DNA of 64,000 nucleotides from Penicillus capitatus (lineage: Eukaryota; Plantae; Chlorophyta), in the NCBI GenBank assembly GCA_965649825.1, contig OZ287695.1, positions 1,849,288-1,913,287 of the forward strand, given 5' to 3'. The position numbers and the translations under genes are program-made. Below are positions 13,160 through 22,142 of this stretch, piece by piece; within the stretch, counting starts at the first letter, position 1; every line of letters starts with the position of its first letter. Below the pieces are notes generated by a model, which made no database searches, was not told the origin of the DNA, and saw only the letters and a list, made by a program, of their open reading frames with translations.

Positions 13160-15511
13160 ATGCCATCGGCAGAAGAGAAGTTTCGCGCTCTCTTGACACG
13201 CATTGGATATCAACCGAATCGCGCCGCCATCGCCAACGCCTTCCGTCAAGACGCCGCTCTGGCCGAAGTCCTCCCGTGGATCGCCGAGAACATCACGGAC
13301 GCGCACATTCTCGATCCCGAACTGCGTCACGACTATGCGTCCCTCGAAGGACGTCTTTCTCATCCACTGGGCCCCGTACGTCACATTACGCATGATTCCT
13401 CATGACAACATGCTCAACTGGATGGAGTAGGAGGATGGAGAGGTTGCCACGAACGCTGTCGTTTTGCTGGACGATGAGGAGATGAAGGCATTGGAAGAAA
13501 CCGAGGCGGAATTGGAGAATGAAGTGCAACAGAGAGAAAAGGAAAGGACATCTCTGCAGTCTCTAGCCGATCAGCTCTCAGAGCAAATTCAGTCAACCCA
13601 ACAAAAGTGTGACCTGTACTTGTGTGAGAGATCGAGCAGCGGATGGTATTCCAGATTAAACTATGCCTACGAAGAAGATCGCGCTTTTGCAAGTCCCCTT
13701 CTCCAAGCTTCGGAAGAAAAGGCGATACGTGAGGCCCACGAACTGGTCTCTCAGTTCACGGTCTTCTCTTCCGTCCTGCGCGAGTTCTTGGAATTGACGA
13801 ACAAGCATGGAGCGGAGGTGCATTTTACCCAGTGCCGAGCTCAGGAGTACTGGAAGAAATCAGAGGACCTTACGAACAAACTCGAGTGGTAAGGAGTGCA
13901 TAATGTCACGGAGAGGCAGAGATGGACGTTCGCAGGATGATGCACGACATGATTGCCTCGGAGCATCAGCCAACGCACAGAAATCATCAACTGGATCAAT
14001 GGTTACAATCCTCGAATCTCGCACAGCAGCCATGGTTTCTCGAGATCGAACGGCTACGTCAACACAAACATGTGAGGGACTGAGACGAAAGCGTGCTTCT
14101 AGAGCGAGATGCACGTACAGGTGGCGGCAATGCATCAGATAGAAGTGCTCTTGTCAAGGAGCAGGACAGACGCAAGATGTCGTTTCATTAAGCAGGCTGC
14201 AGACGATTTTGCGCAGAACCCAAGTGTGGCCTCACTCCGCACGACAGATCTGTAACGGTCCTTCTGTTGAGGCGTGATTTCTGGATGGAAAGAAACGTCG
14301 AGTGAACAGATGAAGAGTGCGAATGCGAAGCTGGCATCACAGAGAAGAGCAAGGATGAAGAAAGTCACATCACTTTTGATCGAGACAAACAAACACGTGG
14401 GATTGGAGACAACGATGGAGTACCTGACTCGAATCAGCGCGGAAGGGAAGAGCCTTTTGATTCGAAAACAGGAGTTCCTTCACCATGTCTGTCGCCATGT
14501 GGACAGGCACAGAGTCTTTACAGTGCGTCGACTGTTCCCTATCAGCACTCGCCGGAAATTTCTGTTCGAAGATTTTGGCAGAGATCGAGAAACAGAGAGT
14601 CGAAGACAGGGTGCGGTATATACACGACCTCAATCAGACCTTCCGGAATGCGACATCGATCACACGATATCGAACGAAGTGTCTGGAAAGACAGTCACAG
14701 ACGCCGACCGATTTTATTGATCCGAATGATCGCTACCTCCAGTCGTTGGCATCACTGATCAAGGCAAGTGTATCGTCTGTTACAGAATGTATGTAAGGAC
14801 TGATGACAGTTCTGTACGGAGAGGATAGAGAGCAGTCCGGAAGTGATATCCTCCATATCATCGCGTGTGTGTGAGCACAAGCGTCAGTACTCTATTGCCT
14901 TCTCCGAGACACCTGCGAGAGTCCATGCCGCGTGCAGTCTCACTCCTGTGTCCAAACTCATCAAGGAGCAGCAGGACGGTACAGAGAAGGTCTGCTTTAC
15001 ACATCCCAAGCGTCCGACAACGCCAGCCGAACTCGAAAACAGCCTTCGTCGACTGTCAGTTCAAGAAGAGACATCGCCAAGAGCGTCGCTTTTCAGAGAT
15101 ACCCCTCCTGCGCAGGACGACAGCAACGCTCTCATTCCTTTTCATGAAGTGACCCTTCAGGCCAACCGTCTGCTGACATACCCGCCTGCCTCGCACCAAT
15201 CCTTGACGTCGCTCTTCCCAGATGCCTTCCGATCTCTTCTTCAGTCTGAGGTCGAAGCTGTACAAGGAATCTTCCGACGTGCTTTTCGCACTGGAGATGG
15301 ATGTGTAGCTTTAGCCACGCCATCACTGCAGTCAGCGCTGGAAGGTGTCGATCGGCTGATACAGGAGCTCAATCAGAGCAGTCGTGCCATTAAAGAGGCA
15401 TTCAAATCTCACGTGGCGTTTCTGGAGAGGCAGCCCGACGAGGCACACGCACGAAGACTTATGGCACAGTTCTTTACAAAACTCCTTGTACAAAGACAAG
15501 GCGATAGATGA
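13160..15511 (+). CDS. HAUS3: Probable augmin subunit 3 (HAUS3)-like coiled-coil protein, multi-exon
   Basis: N-terminus (LLTRIGY...[27 protein letters not shown]) resembles the HAUS3 N-domain, followed by long coiled-coil exons and EIERLR. ~50-nt GT-AG introns link the ORF pieces. Assignment is from motif memory. Confidence 0.6.
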
Positions 15512-15534
15512 CAGAGATGGAGATAGGAACGCTT

Positions 15535-15879
15535 TTAAAGTGTCGTCTTTCGTGCCGTTCTGGAATTGGTGTGTGTTCTCTGGCCGCGAACAGGCAACTT
15601 CTTTGCGTGCCGATCGCCCCGGTAACTGGCAATCGACTTCAATCGCTCGATGTTCCCTCGAACCTCACGCGTCAGCTGCTGACCCGTGAGGATACCGCGC
15701 TCTGCGATGGCTTTGGTGATGAGAATGATTTTGGCATCGCTCAGACGCATGAGTGGAACGTTTGGTCGTATTCCGTGTTCGTGACACAAACGATCTGCTG
15801 TTTCGACTCCAATCCCTTTCACTCGCGCCAGTACATAGCGCACCAACTGCGTGCTCTTTGCCCCTTGGGTAAAATTCAT
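15535..15879 (-). CDS. rps13: Organellar (probably mitochondrial) ribosomal protein uS13
   Basis: GIG..A..LC, NIERLKSIASYRGDRHAKKLPVRGQRTHTNSRTARK. The ATG at 15879 aligns with the natural N-terminus of S13. Confidence 0.85.
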   Translation of the reverse strand: MNFTQGAKSTQLVRYVLARVKGIGVETADRLCHEHGIRPNVPLMRLSDAKIILITKAIAERGILTGQQLTREVRGNIERLKSIASYRGDRHAKKLPVRGQRTHTNSRTARKTTL

Positions 15880-15922
15880 GGAATGGAACGTAATGACAAA
15901 AATGGTGAGCGTCGGCGATTCA

Positions 15923-16435
15923 ATGGCGTCGAAGTGCGCAGATAACGACAACGACGACAACGAAGATTGGGAGACGAAACTCGACACGGGTCAACTCGCT
16001 GTGCTTTCACCGAAGAATCCGTCTCCTGCCGTTCCCACACAGACGTCACGGCCAACAGAATTCCAGAGCTTCGATGATATCCTATGTCTACCTACCTCGC
16101 AAAAACGTACAAAGCTCTGCCTTCCTTGACGCAGAGGGTCAGATGGCCGTGTTGGTGGCATAGAAGTGACGACATCGAGACCAGAGACGACGACTGTCGT
16201 GGCACGCCGATTTCTGGCCCATGCCCTACAGAAGCCAGGTTCCCTTTAGCTCTTTCCTAAGGATCGCCGCGAATGCTATGGGGCTCTTCTAGAGTTGATC
16301 CGGCGGAAAGAGGATGAGGCATTTGCGCGGCGAAGAGCCAAGAAAAAACAGGAGAGGTCCGATCGTAAGAAGGCTTTTGACGATGTCTGGGAGAACAACG
16401 GTCATAATGTTCATCAAGGACCGAATCCATCATAA
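15923..16435 (+). CDS. Small hypothetical protein, possibly spliced; C-part reminiscent of the R3HCC1 C-terminal motif
   Basis: MASKCADNDNDDNEDWETKLD start; later PETTTVVARRFLAHAL and a K/R-rich tail ending TAA at 16435. Splicing unresolved. Confidence 0.3.
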
Positions 16436-16448
16436 ACGCCTTGGGTGT

Positions 16449-17298
16449 TTAGCTGGATGGCGTCTCGCTATCCGTCTTCTTGCGCCGTTTTAGCTCGGCT
16501 TCGAGCATCTCTGTCGATAATCCTGTTAATTCCACAGGCTTCTGAGAAGCCTCCGTTTCTGCAGACCCCGTTTCGGCACCGGCTATTGTGACAGGAGGAG
16601 CTGAACGTACAAACAGAGCGTCAATGAATGCACGAGACCCCTGACCCTTACCACTGCCCCATGCCATCTGTGCGGACTCGGCGCGTTTGCGCTCCATATC
16701 TGGATCCTCTTCGACGCTACCTTGCATTCTTTCCTTCATCGTGGCAGTCTCACACAAAAAGAGTGACCATTATTCATGTACCGTCAGAGAAGGAGTGATG
16801 GAAGAGGTGGGTTTCGTGATTGGATCAAGGGCGCTCTGAATATCCTGTTTGATCTCATCCAGACCGATCTCCTGCTCCATGGTCGACTTGAGATCGGTCG
16901 ATACGTCTGCCAGCTCACGGAGGGTGGGTGTTAGAGATCGAAGCATTGCACCCATGCCTCGGACAGCTTCCGCCAATCCTTTGGGGCCAAAGACAACCAG
17001 AGCCACCGCCACGACGAGGACTGCCTCTGGAGCTCCTGTAACACCATCTTATACCCTGCAGCTTCCGATGAGCTTTTCACTGACCTACGCCGAAGATGGC
17101 GTGTCGAACATGGAGGTCATCTTTTCTTGAAGGCGGCCGAAACAACCGCAGCGTTTCCCGCATCGGCACCGTCGGACGAACATCCTTTCGATACGGGTAG
17201 GAGACACTGTGTCGCACTCGGTTTTGTGCTATACGTGCAGAAAAGCGATGGAGAGGAGCTGCCACGTATAGCAGCGATGATCGTGTGCTGAGAGCCAT
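16449..17298 (-). CDS. HCF106: Thylakoid Tat translocase subunit TatB/Hcf106 with plastid transit peptide
   Basis: Spliced IFGV|GAPEAVLVVAVALVVFGPKGLAE...LRSLTPTLREL..VS.DLKST.EQEIGLD, preceded by a transit-like N-terminus. Confidence 0.88.
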
Positions 17299-17384
17299 TA
17301 TCTTTATGCATCGCTAAAAATGTCACATCTCATTTCGTCGATTGTCGTTTTCTCTTTCACAGCTTTCTCTGGCAAACATTCGCG

Positions 17385-18140
17385 ATGCGCGCCGCGCAGA
17401 CATCCTCGGCCTACGTTGTGACCGTACCGTCGTTCTCGTTCTCCGTAAAGTGTAACTTACGACTGCTGATTTCCTTAATCGCTTTCGGTCTCGTTATTGC
17501 CGGTTTCGTTATGCAACTCGTCCGCATTTTCAATAAGAACGATGACTGCAACAACGGGTTTGAAAGTGCTGAAGCTTGTCGCGAGTACTTTCGTATGTAT
17601 TGGTGGACGTCGTCATTCGAATTACTCATAGCTCTCGTTTCTCTGCTGTTTCTCGCAACCGGTCTTGCTAAAACCATGAGGATATTTCTCTCCGTGTGTC
17701 TCGGTATTTCAACAGTGCTGTGTATGTTTGCGACGGACTATTTTCTGAATCCGGTAAACCACAGGTACAACAGATACGGATTCTATCATTCCGAATACAA
17801 ATATCATCGATCCTATAGCGATGATGACGAGGCTGACACTATCGGTGTGACTGGATACATACTTTCATCAATTGCAAATTTTCTGTTGATCTATCTGGTG
17901 GGCGGGGAACCGAAACAGACGTCGGCGTTAGACAATGAAACAAACGTGGAAGAAACACTTGCGCAGCCGATCCTGCCAGTTCAGACGTTCTCCCAGGCAA
18001 CGTCTGAACATCAGAAGACATATTACCCTCCAGCACAAGAATCGTCATCCGTTCAAACTCATCTGATTGCTCCGTCGTCAGAGGACACACTCCCACAGTT
18101 TGTTCAAGGACTGCCAGCAATACCGCCCGGTCCGAAGTAA
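17385..18140 (+). CDS. Four-TM membrane protein resembling the Sho1 tetraspan domain, with no SH3
   Basis: 251-aa ORF with four hydrophobic segments; YWWTSSFELL, MRIFLSVCLGI and GYILSSIANFLLIYLVGG patterns; Pro/Gln/Ser-rich tail. Confidence 0.6.
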   Translation: MRAAQTSSAYVVTVPSFSFSVKCNLRLLISLIAFGLVIAGFVMQLVRIFNKNDDCNNGFESAEACREYFRMYWWTSSFELLIALVSLLFLATGLAKTMRIFLSVCLGISTVLCMFATDYFLNPVNHRYNRYGFYHSEYKYHRSYSDDDEADTIGVTGYILSSIANFLLIYLVGGEPKQTSALDNETNVEETLAQPILPVQTFSQATSEHQKTYYPPAQESSSVQTHLIAPSSEDTLPQFVQGLPAIPPGPK

Positions 18141-18517
18141 CGGCGTTCTTCTGGATCACTCATATACGTCATGTCATCGAGAAATGTGCAATTAAGTGCA
18201 GCCATGTTTGCTCTGTCTTTTTTGTGGATCTTTCCCGGAGAGCATCTCCTGTACCTTCTTTCGTTTTTCTGCTTCATTTGGTCTAAACAATGATCTATGG
18301 TTTTTTATTTTGTTAAGGATTAAGCTCTTTGCTATAGAGCTTTTCGCATCAAGTAACGACCAATCGCCCTGTTCCACTCCGTCTCTCTGTCCGGCATTTC
18401 AAATGAAGTACGTGGTTTAAGTGTTGGGATGTCGGTGATGTCTAATTCTCCGTTCACATTGTATCCCAATTGACCATCCATGTTATCATTTAGCCGCGCG
18501 CAACACACCTGAAACGC

Positions 18518-19846
18518 ATGACGCGCCTCACTGTATCCTCAGGAGAGCGATGTCTTTTCCATAGTTGCAAAAAATCGAGAAACGACCGAAACCCTTCGGC
18601 GTTCCACAGGCATCCGTCGACGCGTTCTGCACTTCGCAGTGGCGACCTCAGCGCCGACAGGATCCTCGCTGCCCCATCCCTCTTTCAAGCCATGACGACG
18701 TCGCGCCGTTCAACCGACACCTGCCAGACCACTGGGTCGACACTCCTGCCATCCTACTCTCCGACCAAGGTACATGATGTCGTGGGTCTCGGCGAAGCAA
18801 TGATCGACTTCAGCGCCTTCGTCTCCGACGCCACACTCGAGTCCTTTCACGTCGCTAAAGGTGGTCGGCGTGTCATCGACATCGAAGAGAGACTCGAGAT
18901 TCAGCGTCGGTTAGGAGAAGACTACGTTCTCCAAGCAGGAAGCTCCATCACCAATACCCTAGTCGCATTGGCTCAGCTTTCCAGAGCAGAAGGGGATCCC
19001 TATCGTCTGGGATTTGCTGGATGTATTGGATCGGATCGTTTGGGCGATTTCTATGCGGCACATCTGAAGAACAATGGCATTGAGGCCTACACCTGTGCAG
19101 TAGATGAGAGTCTAGAGCGTTTGACGGGCTGTGTCGTCGTGCTAACCACGCCCGATGCACAGCGATCGTTTTTGGTGTATCCGGGGGAAGGCACATTGCG
19201 ACTAACGGAATCTGTCAAAGAAGCGATTGCGACATCCAGAGTGTTCGTGATCGAGGGATATCTCTTTGGACTTTCCGAAATGGCGGAGGAGATTGAGAAA
19301 GCAGTTCTTATGGCGAAACAACATGGAGTGCTGGTTGCTGTGACAGGCGGTGATGCGGAAGTCGTGCGAAAGGCGCATGACGATTTCTGGTCTGTGATCA
19401 AGATGGGCGTCGATATTTTTATGTGCAATCAATCCGAAGCGGCCGCCCTATTGAGCGAAGATAAGTCCTCCTGCTGTGCCCATAAAGCCATCCAGCGTCT
19501 AGCGCCTTACTTTTCGCTGGTGGCTGTCACGGATGGATCAAATGGATCATACATTGCTGCGATGGGACAGCTTCAGACAGTGCCACCGTATTGGCTGAAG
19601 CACTCCCCAGTGGATACCTGCGGAGCTGGTGACGTGTATGCAGCCGGTTTGTTGCATGGATTGCTGAAAGGATATGATCTTTGTGGCATTGGACTGGCAG
19701 CGTCACGATCCGCTTCAGCCATTCTCTCCAGACATGGAGCACAGCTACTGAAAGAGGATGCGCTTCAGATCATTGCCGATATTGTACGCGATGAGAGGGA
19801 TTCCGAGAAGGACGGTTCTCTGAATCTGGAACTCAAGGAGGCGTAA
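18518..19846 (+). CDS. pfkB-family carbohydrate/nucleoside kinase, probable transit peptide
   Basis: DVVGLGEAMIDF, AGSSITNT, IGSDRLG, VTDGSNGS, VDTCGAGDVYAAGLLHG (PfkB signature). Confidence 0.88.
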   Translation: MTRLTVSSGERCLFHSCKKSRNDRNPSAFHRHPSTRSALRSGDLSADRILAAPSLFQAMTTSRRSTDTCQTTGSTLLPSYSPTKVHDVVGLGEAMIDFSAFVSDATLESFHVAKGGRRVIDIEERLEIQRRLGEDYVLQAGSSITNTLVALAQLSRAEGDPYRLGFAGCIGSDRLGDFYAAHLKNNGIEAYTCAVDESLERLTGCVVVLTTPDAQRSFLVYPGEGTLRLTESVKEAIATSRVFVIEGYLFGLSEMAEEIEKAVLMAKQHGVLVAVTGGDAEVVRKAHDDFWSVIKMGVDIFMCNQSEAAALLSEDKSSCCAHKAIQRLAPYFSLVAVTDGSNGSYIAAMGQLQTVPPYWLKHSPVDTCGAGDVYAAGLLHGLLKGYDLCGIGLAASRSASAILSRHGAQLLKEDALQIIADIVRDERDSEKDGSLNLELKEA

Positions 19847-20199
19847 ATGAATAACGACGATGATAGAGGTGGATTCTTTTGTTCTTTTCTGCCTGAAATT
19901 TTATCGGCAGTGAAGCGCTATCGTGTTTTATTAAGATCGCATTCATGGACATGACCGCAGCCTGAGTTGTGCTGTTGCGGTAAATTGGCGATGAAGATCG
20001 TGGACAGTCTGTGCTTGATCAAGAAATTCTACTGTCCAATAAGGACGCCATTTCAAATTCAGCGTCTGTAATCAGCACTTACACTGGTATCCATTGACAA
20101 CGGTGCTACAGCACTGTTCCGAAAAGCGAACGGCTCGACTTAGACCCCGCGAATCTGCCAAACACGACCGATCGATGCAAGAGGACACCCTTAATGGTA

Positions 20200-20582
20200 T
20201 CACACCTTTCCGATGACATGCAGAAGAGTGACAAAACCGATGAAGCCCAGACTGAGCACAACGACAACAACCTGCAGAGAGACAGAGTCTATGGTATGTG
20301 TTACGAATGTGGGATGTCATACAGGTGGGATCTTGATACCGGGTGAGTCGTCGGTGTAGAAATTCATGACGCTCTGTGACATGCGCCCCATTCCACTACC
20401 GGCTCCCGAGCGCGTGCCTGGAACAGGGGTGACGTCTCGCAAGGCATAGCAGCGGTTATTTGAAGCAAACCTGTTCGGCGACGCAGGACACCACTGCCCG
20501 TTGCGGACGAACTCGTCGGTGCACCACCGCGGCCGCCACGCGGGACGTTCGTGCTCGTCTGACTGGTACTTCCTTTCACCAT
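20200..20582 (-). CDS. SEC61B: Sec61 translocon beta subunit, 3 exons
   Basis: Spliced product ...LRRRT|GTRS...MNFYTDDSPGIKIPP|VVVVVLSLGFIGFVTLLHVIGKV*; two GT-AG introns. Confidence 0.9.
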
Positions 20583-20847
20583 TATTGGCCAACGGAACTT
20601 AGCTTAGGAGCGCAAAGTGAATGCAAAGATTTCTGTAAGAACACAGCGAAACGACGGAGTAATTACGAACAGGCGTTGAATAATGCACCCCATCATCATG
20701 AACAAATCCACCGGCCGTCTGTCTGCATTCCATCACCCTCTGCCCCGAGGCCAACCTCCTCCATCGTGCTCCTTTTGTTAGAGGGTCTTGTCTCTTTGCC
20801 GATGGCGATCTTAAAGAGAACTGAGATCGTGTGTGTGCTGCCTCCAG

Positions 20848-22086
20848 ATGTCTGTCCTTGTGGTCGGCGGAGGTGCCGCCGGTCTCGCCGCGGGGCATTT
20901 TGCCTCTCGCGAGGGAGCACAGGTGTGCATTTTGGAGAAGACGCGGGAGACAGGGAAGAAAATCTTGCTTTCTGGCGGAACGCGTTGCAATGTTCTGCCA
21001 CGCGATGTCGATCCGGACAGAGACTACTTTACAGATAGTCATCGAGGCCCTGTCCATGCTGTCTTCCGCACATGGACACTTGAAGAATGTCTTCAATGGG
21101 TGACCTCTCCGCAATCCCTCGGTCTCACACTCGAACTCGAGATGGAGACACAGAAGTACTTTCCACGGAGCAATGCAGCCAGAGACGTCCGGGATGCTCT
21201 GCTGCAATCCTGTCTGGCCAGAGGTGTAACGCTGGAGGTCAATAGCGACGTAGTCGAGGTGCGCCGCGACGGTACGGCGTGGAAATGCCTCACGCGAGAT
21301 CAGCGTGTGTTTCGTGCTGAGCGTGTCCTCCTGGCTTCTGGTGGAAAATCGTATCCAAAGGTCGGGACGGAAGGTCACATGTATACTGTTCTCCGAAAAC
21401 TCGGTCACACATTGGTCGCACCGTATCCCGCTCTGACGCCTCTCATCGCTCCGCATCCAGCACAGGCTCAGCTGTCGGGAATATCGCTCAAGAACGCCGA
21501 TGTCCGTGCCGAAGATGCAAAGACAGGGGCACGTTGTCGCTCCATCCGTTCTGGTCTGCTCTTTACGCATCGTGGCCTGAGTGGACCGAGCATTCTTGAC
21601 GTCTCACATATCGTCAGTCGAATAGAACGCCCAGGCGATGCCAAAGTGATTATTAACTGGACGAGCGAGAGCCGGGAGGAATGGGAAAAACGGCTGAAGG
21701 ATGTTGCCTCGTGGAAGGGCACAGTCCCAAACGGCATCCAGCGGCTCGGCATCCCTTCCCGTCTCGCAACGGCCCTCTGCAGCGCGGCAGGTATACCTTC
21801 GGATCGAACTTTGTCGCATTTGACGAAGAACGAGAGGCAGCGTCTGTTGGATCGACTGACGGCATTCGAGGTGGAATGCTCAGGTCATGGAGGATTTCGA
21901 TTGGCCGAGGTGACCGGCGGAGGAATACCGTTTGAAGAAATCCAGCCGACCTCTATGGAGAGTCGCTTAGCCCCGGGACTCTTCATTTGCGGCGAACTGA
22001 TGGATATCTTTGGCAGAATCGGCGGATTCAATTTCTACTGGGCCTGGGTGTCTGGCCGTTTAGCAGGTCGGCATGCCGCTCTGTAA
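20848..22086 (+). CDS. HI0933/YhiN-family FAD-dependent oxidoreductase (N-terminal exon probably upstream)
   Basis: VVGGGAAGLAA, GKKILLSGGTRCNV, LLASGGKSYP..GTEG, LFTHRGLSGPSIL, AEVTGGGI, GELMDIFGRIGGFNFYWAWVSG. Confidence 0.88.
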   Translation: MSVLVVGGGAAGLAAGHFASREGAQVCILEKTRETGKKILLSGGTRCNVLPRDVDPDRDYFTDSHRGPVHAVFRTWTLEECLQWVTSPQSLGLTLELEMETQKYFPRSNAARDVRDALLQSCLARGVTLEVNSDVVEVRRDGTAWKCLTRDQRVFRAERVLLASGGKSYPKVGTEGHMYTVLRKLGHTLVAPYPALTPLIAPHPAQAQLSGISLKNADVRAEDAKTGARCRSIRSGLLFTHRGLSGPSILDVSHIVSRIERPGDAKVIINWTSESREEWEKRLKDVASWKGTVPNGIQRLGIPSRLATALCSAAGIPSDRTLSHLTKNERQRLLDRLTAFEVECSGHGGFRLAEVTGGGIPFEEIQPTSMESRLAPGLFICGELMDIFGRIGGFNFYWAWVSGRLAGRHAAL

Positions 22087-22142
22087 CGCCTCTCGTGTCA
22101 CATCCTTTCCCTCCGACCCGTTGTCTTTGCGCCCTCGAGCAT

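Noticed and set aside
18192-18483. Possible tiny minus-strand gene between the Sho1-like and pfkB genes
   Set aside because: Two short frames with no convincing splice or motif.
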